Positions 10,139 through 19,367 of a stretch of DNA of 64,000 nucleotides are shown piece after piece. The stretch is from IMG/VR virus record IMGVR_UViG_3300037502_002729, positions 32,001 to 96,000 of that record, one strand, 5' to 3'. The position numbers and the translations under genes are program-made. How positions within the stretch are numbered: position 1 is the stretch's first letter; the number at the start of each line of letters is the position of its first letter. Under the pieces are notes generated by a model, which did not search any database, was not told where the DNA came from, and saw only the letters and a program-made list of their open reading frames with translations. This stretch comes from a virus.

Positions 10139-11044
10139 ATGCTACGTATAAGTGAAAATGAAAAAAAATATATAAGGTCTTTATACTATACTAAAAATAT
10201 AAATGAGCAAGGCTCTGCTGATTCACCTAGGTCTTTTATGAATCCTACTCAATATTCTAGGTATAATGAAAAAGAGGCAAAAGAATTAATAGACACATAT
10301 AATAATGTTATTACTAGATATGATGTTAGTACATCAAATGGTATTCATAACTTATTAAGTGATGCACAACTTACAGCAGCATTTGCAACTGGTGGTGTTG
10401 CTGATAATTATATTGGTTTATTACATTCACTTTATTGGTTTTATGAGGGTTTAAATTTACCTGAAAATGATGAGAATAGGACTAAAAAATTTATACTTGG
10501 TGTTATTGAATTAGTATTGGCTGTGCCAGGTTTTGCTGAATTAACGCCAGTTGCAAAATGGAAAGATACTATAGTGAATCAACCAGTTGTTCATTCAATA
10601 GATAAAATTAATAATATATTTACTCCATTTTGGAGGAAAATAGAAGATTATTTTAAAACTATTAATAAATCATTAAATGATATGCTTGTTTTCTTTTTAG
10701 AAATAAATTTTGATTTATTGGCAAATATATGCAAATTTCTTTTAGATAAATTTGATGCTATAAATTCTTGGTTTTTTAAAATGGTTGAATATATGAAAAC
10801 ATTAGGGGGTGGTGTTTTGAAAAAAGTTGAATCTAGTGCAAATGTTTATGTTACTGGTCAAAATGCTGAAAACTTAAAAAGTGGTGTAGAAACAATCCTA
10901 ACAAGTCCTAATCCAAAAGTACAAACTAATCCAAATGTGTATTCCCTATCAAATATACCAATGAATGCACAAGATTCAACAGATCCTGCACAATACCAAC
11001 CAAAACAGAACCCTACTCCGCAAAAAATCACCAAAAAATTCTAA
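10139..11044 (+). CDS. Hypothetical late protein with hydrophobic helical hairpin
   Basis: N-term ISENEKKYIRSLY..INEQ; TATTTATA at 10115-10122. Confidence 0.65.
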   Translation: MLRISENEKKYIRSLYYTKNINEQGSADSPRSFMNPTQYSRYNEKEAKELIDTYNNVITRYDVSTSNGIHNLLSDAQLTAAFATGGVADNYIGLLHSLYWFYEGLNLPENDENRTKKFILGVIELVLAVPGFAELTPVAKWKDTIVNQPVVHSIDKINNIFTPFWRKIEDYFKTINKSLNDMLVFFLEINFDLLANICKFLLDKFDAINSWFFKMVEYMKTLGGGVLKKVESSANVYVTGQNAENLKSGVETILTSPNPKVQTNPNVYSLSNIPMNAQDSTDPAQYQPKQNPTPQKITKKF

Positions 11045-11097
11045 TCATTATTTGAATGGTGCTTAATTTTTACTATTTTTAAAAAAAAACTAAAAAT

Positions 11098-11811
11098 ATG
11101 ACAGACAACAAGGCAATTTTGATTGGACACTATGGTGGAGATAATACACATAGTTTGGCAGCATGGAGTTCAACTTTCTTAGATTTGGAAATACCTATGC
11201 CAGAGAATATAGATGAAAGGGTTGATGCAATTGTTGACTATATTGTGAACAATTCAAAGAAGATTAGGAATGTGGAACAATTATTGCTTTATTTGGGACA
11301 AGAAGGGCATAATTCGCCTTTTAGGTTTAGCGCCTTACACTTTGTCACAACAACAGAAATAGCCACTCATATTCAATTTTTAAAGCATTCTGTGGCATTA
11401 TTAGCAGAGAATGCAGAATCAGCAAGATATAAGGAATTAAAAGAAGATAAATTCTATTTGCCAAAAGATTGGCTTGAGTTTGGAGAAAAAGGTAAATTTT
11501 GGTATGATACATTAAATGCTCAAAGTGAGAAATTGAATAAAATGTATCATAATTGTTTTAAAGATTTGGTTGAAGCAGGAGTGCCAAAAGCAAGAGCAAA
11601 GGAATCTGCTAGATTTTTCAAGATGTATAACTCACAGCTAAATAGTAATAAGTTCCTATCATTTGATGGGTTTGTCCAAATCTACAAGAAAAGATGTTTG
11701 GAATCACCATCACAATATGAGATTGGTAATGTTGTTGAACAAATGCTTAATCAGATTAAAGAAATACCTGGAAACCCATTTAAATATTCATTAAAAGCAT
11801 TTGGCTTATAA
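11098..11811 (+). CDS. thyX: FAD-dependent thymidylate synthase-like protein (divergent motif)
   Basis: GHNSPF, QFLKH...ESARY, FYLP, GVPKARAKESAR, SQYEI. Confidence 0.8.
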   Translation: MTDNKAILIGHYGGDNTHSLAAWSSTFLDLEIPMPENIDERVDAIVDYIVNNSKKIRNVEQLLLYLGQEGHNSPFRFSALHFVTTTEIATHIQFLKHSVALLAENAESARYKELKEDKFYLPKDWLEFGEKGKFWYDTLNAQSEKLNKMYHNCFKDLVEAGVPKARAKESARFFKMYNSQLNSNKFLSFDGFVQIYKKRCLESPSQYEIGNVVEQMLNQIKEIPGNPFKYSLKAFGL

Positions 11812-11843
11812 AAAAAAGGGCTTATATCACTATAAGCCCTTTT
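11811..11843. terminator. Bidirectional intrinsic terminator
   Basis: AAAAGGGCTTATA-loop-TATAAGCCCTTTT. Confidence 0.8.
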
Positions 11844-11861
11844 CTATTTTGGCAAATTTGA

Positions 11862-12083
11862 TTATTTACCTTTTTTTGCAACTTTTGGAGTTTCAACTGG
11901 TGTTTCAGTAGGTGTAATAACTGGGGTTTTTGAGATAAAAGACCACACAGCACCAATTAATGTAGAAAGACCACCAATGATTTCAGTTACAACTGTTTCA
12001 TCAACAAGGCCTTTTGTAACTAGAATACCACCAAAGAATGTAAGTAAATGTCTAACAACTCCTAGAATCTGTTCTTTAGTCAT
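11862..12083 (-). CDS. Small two-TM membrane protein, holin-like
   Basis: MTKEQILGVVRHLLTFFGGILV...IIGGLSTLIGAVWSFISK with basic tail; likely start 12083. Confidence 0.6.
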   Translation of the reverse strand: MTKEQILGVVRHLLTFFGGILVTKGLVDETVVTEIIGGLSTLIGAVWSFISKTPVITPTETPVETPKVAKKGK

Positions 12084-12160
12084 TTGTTTTTTTTTTAAAA
12101 AAATGTTTAGATATAACAATATTGTTATATTTATAAATATATAAAAAATTGTAAAAATTT

Positions 12161-13738
12161 ATGAATAGTTTTAATTTATTTAGATTAGATGAGGGTGCAG
12201 CTAGGAAACCAAAATATATTTCAGAAAATGAATTCCAATTTGTTTATGATTGTATTAAGGGAAAATATAAGAGTATTGTAAGTGAGGCAGATAAAGATAA
12301 ATTGCGGGACAAAATATTAAGTTATTTGACTGTAGAAACTACTTTTGAGGAAAATGTTAATTATGGTAATTGTGAAGCTGCTATGGCATATATTAAAAAA
12401 TTAAAAAAAGATAATCCTAATAGTGAAGATTTATCAAAAGTTCAATTATTTTGTAGTACAGTACCAAAATTTATGAATGAATGGATTCAAAAAATATTTG
12501 ACAATATTGTACAAGAAAAAAACTACCTTCTTCGTAAAAATTTCATTTCATTACATATAGATATTTTTATTGATTTTTTTACAAATAGGGAAAGCGCAGA
12601 TATTGTTAAAAAAACACCAAAAAGTTCACTTTATGATAGTTTGGTTGTATTGTATGATTCAAAATTTGATAAAAAAAATAGTTTAATCTCATTTGAATTT
12701 AATAATGAAACTAAAAATTTTATATTTAAATTATTAAAAATTTATTTAGGTATTAACCAAAAAAATCAACCTAAAAGTAAAACTTATGGGCATAATGATT
12801 GTAGAAGGTTAGATACAACAATTAGAAAACTTTTATGTGCAATAACTCATAGTAGACGGTCCCCAGATTATTTTAAATTTGAAAGAGGGTTTGAACATTC
12901 AAATCAATTTAAACCATTTAAAGGTGGTATTGCTTATAATATATCCACAATTGATGATTTAAATGCTGCTGGACAAATTGAAAAATATAGTGATGAAAAA
13001 GAAGAATCTATTACTCAACAAAAAGTATATGTTGGATATATTAATTTATTAAAAATAATGTTAGCAAGTGATAGTATTAAAGAATTATATAAAAATTGCC
13101 ATCAAGAAAATGAAAACTATACTAATTGCAAAGTTAATAATTCAAAGGTTAAAGAAGAAGTTAGAGAAATTTTTAATAATACAGTTTTTTTACAAATAAT
13201 TAATAATGAAAAAATGACAAAAGGTGATGTAATGGTGACTAATCCTGTTTCTTTATGTAGAAATTATGAAGAAAATGTTTTAGTTAAAGATGATATTTTA
13301 GAATTAAAATACTTCACCATAAAGGATATTGTAGATAAAGATTATATTGTTCATATAACAAGAATATTAGAACCAGATTTTAAAAAAATATATGCCAATA
13401 TTGATTATAATACTTTTATTAAAAATAATGGAGGTGATTCTAATTTTTTTATTAAATTTTTTAAAGAATTAATCTCTACTATAATAGAGATTTCCCAAGA
13501 AAAAATTGAAAAAGATTTTGAACAAATTAAAAATACATTTTCAAACTTAAATGGTTTAATAATTGCAGGACCAAAGTATGTTAAAAATGAAAATTGGAGA
13601 ATTTTTATAGATAGGGGTACTGGTAAACAAAGAGGTATTGGTGTGGCTATTAATGTAGAGTTACCACCAGATTTTGCAACTAAAGCAAGAGATATTTATT
13701 ATGTTAAATCAAGGAATCTTTTCTGTTTCAAAAACTAA
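12161..13738 (+). CDS. Hypothetical protein
   Basis: 525-aa ORF; TATTTATA at 12128-12135. Confidence 0.7.
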   Translation: MNSFNLFRLDEGAARKPKYISENEFQFVYDCIKGKYKSIVSEADKDKLRDKILSYLTVETTFEENVNYGNCEAAMAYIKKLKKDNPNSEDLSKVQLFCSTVPKFMNEWIQKIFDNIVQEKNYLLRKNFISLHIDIFIDFFTNRESADIVKKTPKSSLYDSLVVLYDSKFDKKNSLISFEFNNETKNFIFKLLKIYLGINQKNQPKSKTYGHNDCRRLDTTIRKLLCAITHSRRSPDYFKFERGFEHSNQFKPFKGGIAYNISTIDDLNAAGQIEKYSDEKEESITQQKVYVGYINLLKIMLASDSIKELYKNCHQENENYTNCKVNNSKVKEEVREIFNNTVFLQIINNEKMTKGDVMVTNPVSLCRNYEENVLVKDDILELKYFTIKDIVDKDYIVHITRILEPDFKKIYANIDYNTFIKNNGGDSNFFIKFFKELISTIIEISQEKIEKDFEQIKNTFSNLNGLIIAGPKYVKNENWRIFIDRGTGKQRGIGVAINVELPPDFATKARDIYYVKSRNLFCFKN

Positions 13739-13968
13739 TTATTCTTTTTTGCATTAAAAACTTCTGCAAACTTTTCACTTGCAACAAAACCTAATCCAGC
13801 AATTGCCAACCAAACCAAACCTTCAAAAACATAGTTAGTTATTGTAAAATCTGAAAATAAATCAACAATTGATGCAAATATGATTGTCATTGATGCTGAA
13901 ATACCTATTGATCTTTTACTTGAAATTTCCCCATTTGCTGTCAATAATGATTTAAAAAACTTTTTCAT
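13735..13968 (-). CDS. Small two-TM membrane protein, holin-like
   Basis: 77 aa, ISSKR followed by two hydrophobic helices; coupled to the M23 gene. Confidence 0.55.
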   Translation of the reverse strand: MKKFFKSLLTANGEISSKRSIGISASMTIIFASIVDLFSDFTITNYVFEGLVWLAIAGLGFVASEKFAEVFNAKKNN

Positions 13969-15131
13969 TTCATAATACTAATTATTCTATTTATTTCAGT
14001 TATTAGTTGTTTTGATATAATCTTATTTTCAAATTTATAAGGTTCAGTAAATGATTTTGATATATTTGACAATGAAAAATCATAAGGTTGATTTAATGAA
14101 TTTGTAATATTTGATGATGAGAAATCATAAGGGCTAACAAATGACTTTGTTTGTGATGTGGTTGGAAAAGTATATCCTGTATCAACATCATCATTTTTAG
14201 AGAATTTATATGGTTCTGATTGTTTTTTTTGTTTTTCTTTTAGTTTTATTTTAGATGTTAGCCCTAAAGTAACTGTTACATCAATATATGAATTTTCTTG
14301 TGAAAAACTAGCAATTAAGTCTCCTAATACTGCATTTTTTTTATTAAAGTTTATATCTTCTGAGCATATTTTTACTATATAATTTTTTGAATTATGAGAA
14401 ACTGATATTTTATGGCAATTACTAGATGATGTGTTATTTACCTTACATGTTTTGAATTTACAATAAAATTTTGTAGCATCAGGGTTATACATGTAATCAC
14501 TACTAAAATTATCTTCACTAGAATTAAATGAATTTTGAATAATACTACCTATTTCTGTTAAACTATAATTTGGTTTGTCCTTTACTGATTCAACAGTTAT
14601 ATTATTTTTTGTATTTTTTCCACTAAAATCATATGAATCATCTTTTAGTTTTTGACTAAAATCATATGAATCATATTTAACTATAGGTTCATTATTAACA
14701 TCTTTTGGTATTAGTTGCCCACTTATCACATCTTCAGGATTCAAAAATTCCCCCCTTCTAATTACTTCAAAATGTAGATGAGCACCAGTTGTATGACCTT
14801 TACCAGGGTCATTTTGATCACCCCCACTTAATCCAATAAGTTGACCAACTTTAACAACATCTTTAGGCTTAACTAACACTTTTCTCAAATGACAATATTT
14901 TGTAACAATATCATCATTATGTTTTATCTTAATGAATCCACCACAAGTACTCCTATTTGGATCACTATCTATAACAACCCCATCTGCTGGGGCAAAAACT
15001 TCAGTTCCAGATTTAACACCAATGTCTAAACCTTTGTGTTTTTTATTACCCCTAACTGCATTAAATTTAGAGGTTATTAGACTTTTTTGATAGTTCTTTA
15101 TTGGTGGATATAGAATATTTTCAATCAACAT
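13965..15131 (-). CDS. M23 family peptidase (peptidoglycan hydrolase) with C-terminal extension
   Basis: HKGLD, YCHL, TGAHLHFE. Confidence 0.9.
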   Translation of the reverse strand: MLIENILYPPIKNYQKSLITSKFNAVRGNKKHKGLDIGVKSGTEVFAPADGVVIDSDPNRSTCGGFIKIKHNDDIVTKYCHLRKVLVKPKDVVKVGQLIGLSGGDQNDPGKGHTTGAHLHFEVIRRGEFLNPEDVISGQLIPKDVNNEPIVKYDSYDFSQKLKDDSYDFSGKNTKNNITVESVKDKPNYSLTEIGSIIQNSFNSSEDNFSSDYMYNPDATKFYCKFKTCKVNNTSSSNCHKISVSHNSKNYIVKICSEDINFNKKNAVLGDLIASFSQENSYIDVTVTLGLTSKIKLKEKQKKQSEPYKFSKNDDVDTGYTFPTTSQTKSFVSPYDFSSSNITNSLNQPYDFSLSNISKSFTEPYKFENKIISKQLITEINRIISIMK

Positions 15132-15166
15132 AATTTATATATTTTATATATAAATATAGTAAATGA

Positions 15167-15772
15167 TTAAACTATTTTTTTAACATCAATCAAATCACAT
15201 AATTTTTTTTGGTATTCATCAATATTTCTACTTTCTTTTAATTGTTTTAGTAATTTTAAGTCCTTATTTATTATGTGTTGATTTTCATTTATTATCTTCT
15301 TAACATAATGGACATATGTTTTATTTTCAGCATATATTCTATACAAGAAATCAAAATAATCATCCCTTGACTTTTCTTTATTTCTAAATAAAAATTCTTG
15401 AAATAATTTATAATCTTTAACACTATCTATCCAGCAATTATAAGTTGAATAATTTTTATTAACCCCTACTGCAACAGTTGGTCTTCTTTCAGGGTAACGC
15501 ATACCAAATAGATTGTTGTTTTCAACAAAAATTTGACTAGACATATATCCACTTTCTAATATTGCTTGGGCAAAAACAATGTCTGGATATTTTATATTAT
15601 TTTCAAGAATTTCAAAATATAGAAAAACTAATTCAACATTATTTTCCTCCATTAATTTTGCTTCATCTATTTTCAAAGAGGGAATTTTATTTTGTTGAGG
15701 TTTAAAACCTACTACTTGCCCAAATAAGCAAATATTTCCAATTACACATATTGTGTATAATATTTTTTTCAT
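15167..15772 (-). CDS. Glucosaminidase (GH73-like) protein with N-terminal signal/anchor
   Basis: AQAILESGY...NNLFGM...YAE motifs; hydrophobic N-terminus. Confidence 0.8.
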   Translation of the reverse strand: MKKILYTICVIGNICLFGQVVGFKPQQNKIPSLKIDEAKLMEENNVELVFLYFEILENNIKYPDIVFAQAILESGYMSSQIFVENNNLFGMRYPERRPTVAVGVNKNYSTYNCWIDSVKDYKLFQEFLFRNKEKSRDDYFDFLYRIYAENKTYVHYVKKIINENQHIINKDLKLLKQLKESRNIDEYQKKLCDLIDVKKIV

Positions 15773-15805
15773 AAAATTATTTTTAAAGTTTTATATAATA
15801 AAATA

Positions 15806-15830
15806 GAAGAGTCATATAATATGACTCTTC
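15806..15830. terminator. Hairpin directly downstream of tmRNA
   Basis: GAAGAGTCATAT-a-ATATGACTCTTC perfect inverted repeat. Confidence 0.7.
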
Positions 15831-15833
15831 ATT

Positions 15834-16255
15834 TGGTGGAGACGCAGGGAATTGAACCCTGGTCTTGCTCGTAATTAAGTAAATAGACTACATGTTTATT
15901 CCATAGATTCTGTATGGACACATAAGACAGTTCATATTTTGCCATTTGATCTGCCAACTGTGGAGGGTTCACTTCTGCTATTTGCATAGACTAACAGGTA
16001 GCACCCCTAACCAAAACCTTTGACACAATAAGTAGTATCACACTATGAGGCTTCTGTTCCTAGGTTATATGCCCACCGACCTGGGGTTGTTATGACTACT
16101 AAGCCGCAACAACAGCATCTTCACGTACAAGACCTAAAGTTGCTAAAGTTTCTAAAGTGTTGCCATTTAAAGGCTTGAACCAGTTGTTAATGAGGTTAAT
16201 TCAGCCCCAACATGCCTACTTACACAATCCACGCCAATCGATACCTTTCGTCCCC
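15834..16255 (-). ncRNA. ssrA: tmRNA
   Basis: 5' GGGGACG pairs with 3' CGTCTCC-ACCA with G3:U wobble; T-arm CAGGG-TTCAATT-CCCTG; internal tag ORF 16164-16099 GNTLETLATLGLVREDAVVAA then TAG TAG, after TAAAT. Confidence 0.95.
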
Positions 16256-16264
16256 TTGTCTTTG

Positions 16265-16324
16265 TATAAATACCTCACTTGTTTTGAGAATACAAATATA
16301 CATCCCTTTTTTTGATTTTCCAAA
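16265..16324 (-). promoter_or_regulatory. Tandem promoters for tmRNA: Bacteroidota sigmaA-type and TATTTATA late-type
   Basis: TTTG(16324-16321)-N20-TATATTTG(16300-16293); TATTTATA(16272-16265) ends 10 nt before the mature 5' end. Confidence 0.65.
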
Positions 16325-16397
16325 TGTTTTTATATAAATTTTATTAGAAGTTTACAAAAATTATTTTTATATTTGCATTTAATAAAAACAAAAAACT

Positions 16398-17258
16398 ATG
16401 TTAGTAGCACATATGCCAATTCCAAAATCAAATCTTATTGATTCTATATTTTCTTTATTGAAAAAAAATAATGGGAAATTTAAATCAGAGAAACAATCTA
16501 ATTTTTTAATAACTCAATTAAAAATGCATAATGGGTTTTTAGGTTATGTTAATAATGGCAAAATAAAAAATCCTATATTTGTTGAATATGATAAATATGG
16601 TATTACAAAACTATTAAAGAAATTAACTGGTTCAAATATGATTGAAATTATTTTTGAGAGGAATGCACAAAGTGAATTACATCCTAAAGATGTTATAATG
16701 CTAAAAAAAATTGAATCAATTTTGATTGAGCAACAACCAAAAGAAACTATTACAAATAAAAAACAATATAGGTTATCAACATATGAACTTGCAAAAAATG
16801 TATATAGTTTAGCAAAAAACAATAATGGACTTTTTAAGTCAGAGGCACAAGGAAATTTCTTGATTGAACAACTAAATTTATCTGATGGATATTTGGGTCA
16901 AACAAATGGGATTAAGTATAAAAACCCAATTTTTGCAGAATACAATAAGGAGGGTATTACAAAGATATATAAACAAATGGCTGCTTCAACTAAGGTTGAA
17001 ATAATTTTTGAGAGAAAAGTTGAAGGTGAGTTGACATCTCTTGAGGTTAAAGCCCTAGCTTCTTATAAAAGGAAATTGAAAAAACTTGAAAAGGAATTGA
17101 AGGAAAGAATGACATCTTTTTTGACTGGGGATTTCAATAGTAGTGGGGATCCTTCAACATATACAGAAGATATCATTGAAATGTATAATAGGGATAATGA
17201 TGTGAAAATAAAAGCCATTGAACATATTAAAAGTGAGATTGCCAAACTTGAAAAATAG
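16398..17258 (+). CDS. Hypothetical protein with internally duplicated ~115-aa domain
   Basis: Two copies of NNG.FKSE.Q.NFLI.QL...G.LG...KNPIF.EY.K.GITK...EIIFER; TATATTTG at 16368-16375. Confidence 0.75.
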   Translation: MLVAHMPIPKSNLIDSIFSLLKKNNGKFKSEKQSNFLITQLKMHNGFLGYVNNGKIKNPIFVEYDKYGITKLLKKLTGSNMIEIIFERNAQSELHPKDVIMLKKIESILIEQQPKETITNKKQYRLSTYELAKNVYSLAKNNNGLFKSEAQGNFLIEQLNLSDGYLGQTNGIKYKNPIFAEYNKEGITKIYKQMAASTKVEIIFERKVEGELTSLEVKALASYKRKLKKLEKELKERMTSFLTGDFNSSGDPSTYTEDIIEMYNRDNDVKIKAIEHIKSEIAKLEK

Positions 17259-17294
17259 TTTGGTTGTATATTTATAATTGAAATTAACTATGCA

Positions 17295-17699
17295 ATGGAA
17301 AAAGAAAAACTAAAAAAAATATTTGAATTCATTGAAGAGAAGGAAGGGCATAAATTTCCAATTATATGGAAATTAATTAATAATATCCCATTTACAAAAG
17401 AAGAATTAAATATTGAAGGTGATTTGGATTTATCATACACTACTAAAATAACCTCTTTACCCCAAGGCTTGAGAATTGAAGGTGATTTTTATATTGATTA
17501 TTCATATGTTGAACTACCAAAAGGATTAGAAGTTGGTGGTGATGTGTATGTAACAGGCACATACTTGGAGGATTACACAAAGGAACAGGTAATGACAATG
17601 ATTTATCCTGGTTTTATAAAAGGTGATTTAATTTATAATATGGGTGATTCTTATGAGAATGATGGGGATGAGGATGAAAATGATGATGGGTTTCTATAA
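17295..17699 (+). CDS. Capped variable-LRR family protein (array A, 2 repeats, acidic tail)
   Basis: MEKEKLKKIFEF N-cap, LPxGLxVxGDxY units, PGFIKG C-cap. Confidence 0.85.
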   Translation: MEKEKLKKIFEFIEEKEGHKFPIIWKLINNIPFTKEELNIEGDLDLSYTTKITSLPQGLRIEGDFYIDYSYVELPKGLEVGGDVYVTGTYLEDYTKEQVMTMIYPGFIKGDLIYNMGDSYENDGDEDENDDGFL

Positions 17700-17711
17700 A
17701 TTAAAAATACA

Positions 17712-18089
17712 ATGAAAAAAGAACAATTAAAAAGAATATTTGAATTCATTGAAGAGAAGGAAGGGCATAATGTACCATTTTTATGGAAATTTAAAAATAA
17801 TATACCATTAACAGAAAAAGATTTGAATGTTAATGGTGATTTGAATTTATCTGATTCAAAAATAAAATCATTACCAGAAGGTTTAAAAGTTGGTGGTGAT
17901 TTGTATTTAGATGGTTCATATGTGGAATCATTACCAAAAGGATTAGAGGTTTATGGAGATTTATATATAGCAGATACAGTCTTAGCCTCTAAATCTAATG
18001 ATGATTTAATAGTAATGATAAAACCTGGATTTATAAAAGGAGAAATAATAAATAATGAAGAAGAATATGATGAAGGATATGATGATTGA
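17712..18089 (+). CDS. Capped variable-LRR family protein (array A, 2 repeats, acidic tail)
   Basis: Same caps and repeat. Confidence 0.85.
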   Translation: MKKEQLKRIFEFIEEKEGHNVPFLWKFKNNIPLTEKDLNVNGDLNLSDSKIKSLPEGLKVGGDLYLDGSYVESLPKGLEVYGDLYIADTVLASKSNDDLIVMIKPGFIKGEIINNEEEYDEGYDD

Positions 18090-18106
18090 TTTAAATTAAA
18101 AATAAA

Positions 18107-18517
18107 ATGGAAAAAGAACAATTAAAAAGAATATTTGAATTCCTTGAAGAGAAGGATAACAAGAGAGTACCCCTAACATGGAAATTAATCAATGATTTTG
18201 ATTCAATAGATGATAAAGATTTATTTTATGATGATAATTTTGATTTATATGGTGCAAGAGTAAAAAGATTACCAGACAATTTTACTGTTAAAGGATATCT
18301 TGATTTAAGATTGACAAAAATAAAAACTCTCCCAGATAATTTAACTGTTGATGGTGATTTATACCTAACGGCTTTAGAAATAGATTCAGTTCCAAAAAAT
18401 CTAAAAGCACACTCAATGTTTGCAAAATACACAACTCTATCTGAAAAATATTCATACAAAGAAATTAAGGATATGATAAAAGAAAAGGGTGGTGAAGTTA
18501 AGTTTTTAACAATTTAA
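18107..18517 (+). CDS. Capped variable-LRR family protein (array A, 3 divergent repeats)
   Basis: MEKEQLKRIFEFLEEK N-cap; LPDNFTVKGYLDL/LPDNLTVDGDLYL; divergent C-cap. Confidence 0.8.
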   Translation: MEKEQLKRIFEFLEEKDNKRVPLTWKLINDFDSIDDKDLFYDDNFDLYGARVKRLPDNFTVKGYLDLRLTKIKTLPDNLTVDGDLYLTALEIDSVPKNLKAHSMFAKYTTLSEKYSYKEIKDMIKEKGGEVKFLTI

Positions 18518-18542
18518 TTACCTATATTTATAGAAAAAAAAT

Positions 18543-19355
18543 ATGAACAAAGAATTATTAAAAGAAGTGTTATCAATTCCATCATATAGTGGCAGGGAAC
18601 TAAAATTAGTTAATTACATATGTGAATTTCTAAAAAAGAATAATATACCATATGAGGTAGATGAGATGCTCAACATATATTGCACAAAGGGTGAAACAGA
18701 AACCTATCCTTGTGTTGTAGCACACACAGATACAGTCCACAACAACACTTATATAGATGTTAGAACTGAACTAAGGGAAAATTCAAAAGGTGTCTTAAAA
18801 GAGGCTTATAAGGGTTATAATAAGATTGGGCAACCAACTGGAGTTGGGGGTGATGATAAAGCTGGTGTTTTTGCCTGTTTGACTTTATTGACAGAATTAC
18901 CAGTTTTAAAGGCTGCTTTTTTTGTATCAGAAGAAATTGGGTGCATTGGTTCATTGGCAGCAGATCCAGAATTTTTCAAAAATGTTGGCTATGCCATACA
19001 GTTTGATGCTCCATTTGATTGGATGGTGACTGAAATTTCATCTGGTGTTCCTTTATTTAATAGGGATAGTGAGTTCTTCAATAAGATTAATAGTGTATTA
19101 GTAGAGAATATAGCCCCCAAGTATGGTTCACATCCTTATACAGATGTATATGCTTTAAAGAAGTTATTTGATTTTAGTTGTCTTAACATATCTATTGGGT
19201 ATTATGATTATCATACACCAGATGAGTATGTTGTTTTAGAAGATGTGGAGAATGGAATTAAAATAGGAAGGGAAATGATTGCAAGTTTAGGTTATAAAAA
19301 ATATGAAAAGAAACATATACCAGTTATAAGGCCTTTTTTAAGGGAAAAGGGATAA
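18543..19355 (+). CDS. M20/M28-like zinc peptidase
   Basis: AHTDTV, GGDDKAG, SEEIG, QFD, YHT metal ligands. Confidence 0.85.
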   Translation: MNKELLKEVLSIPSYSGRELKLVNYICEFLKKNNIPYEVDEMLNIYCTKGETETYPCVVAHTDTVHNNTYIDVRTELRENSKGVLKEAYKGYNKIGQPTGVGGDDKAGVFACLTLLTELPVLKAAFFVSEEIGCIGSLAADPEFFKNVGYAIQFDAPFDWMVTEISSGVPLFNRDSEFFNKINSVLVENIAPKYGSHPYTDVYALKKLFDFSCLNISIGYYDYHTPDEYVVLEDVENGIKIGREMIASLGYKKYEKKHIPVIRPFLREKG

Positions 19356-19367
19356 AAAGGAAGGGGG

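Noticed and set aside
15834-15875. Stand-alone tRNA
   Set aside because: The T-arm and CCA end pair with a 5' end ~420 nt away and enclose a tag ORF, so it is tmRNA. No other tRNA was recognised.
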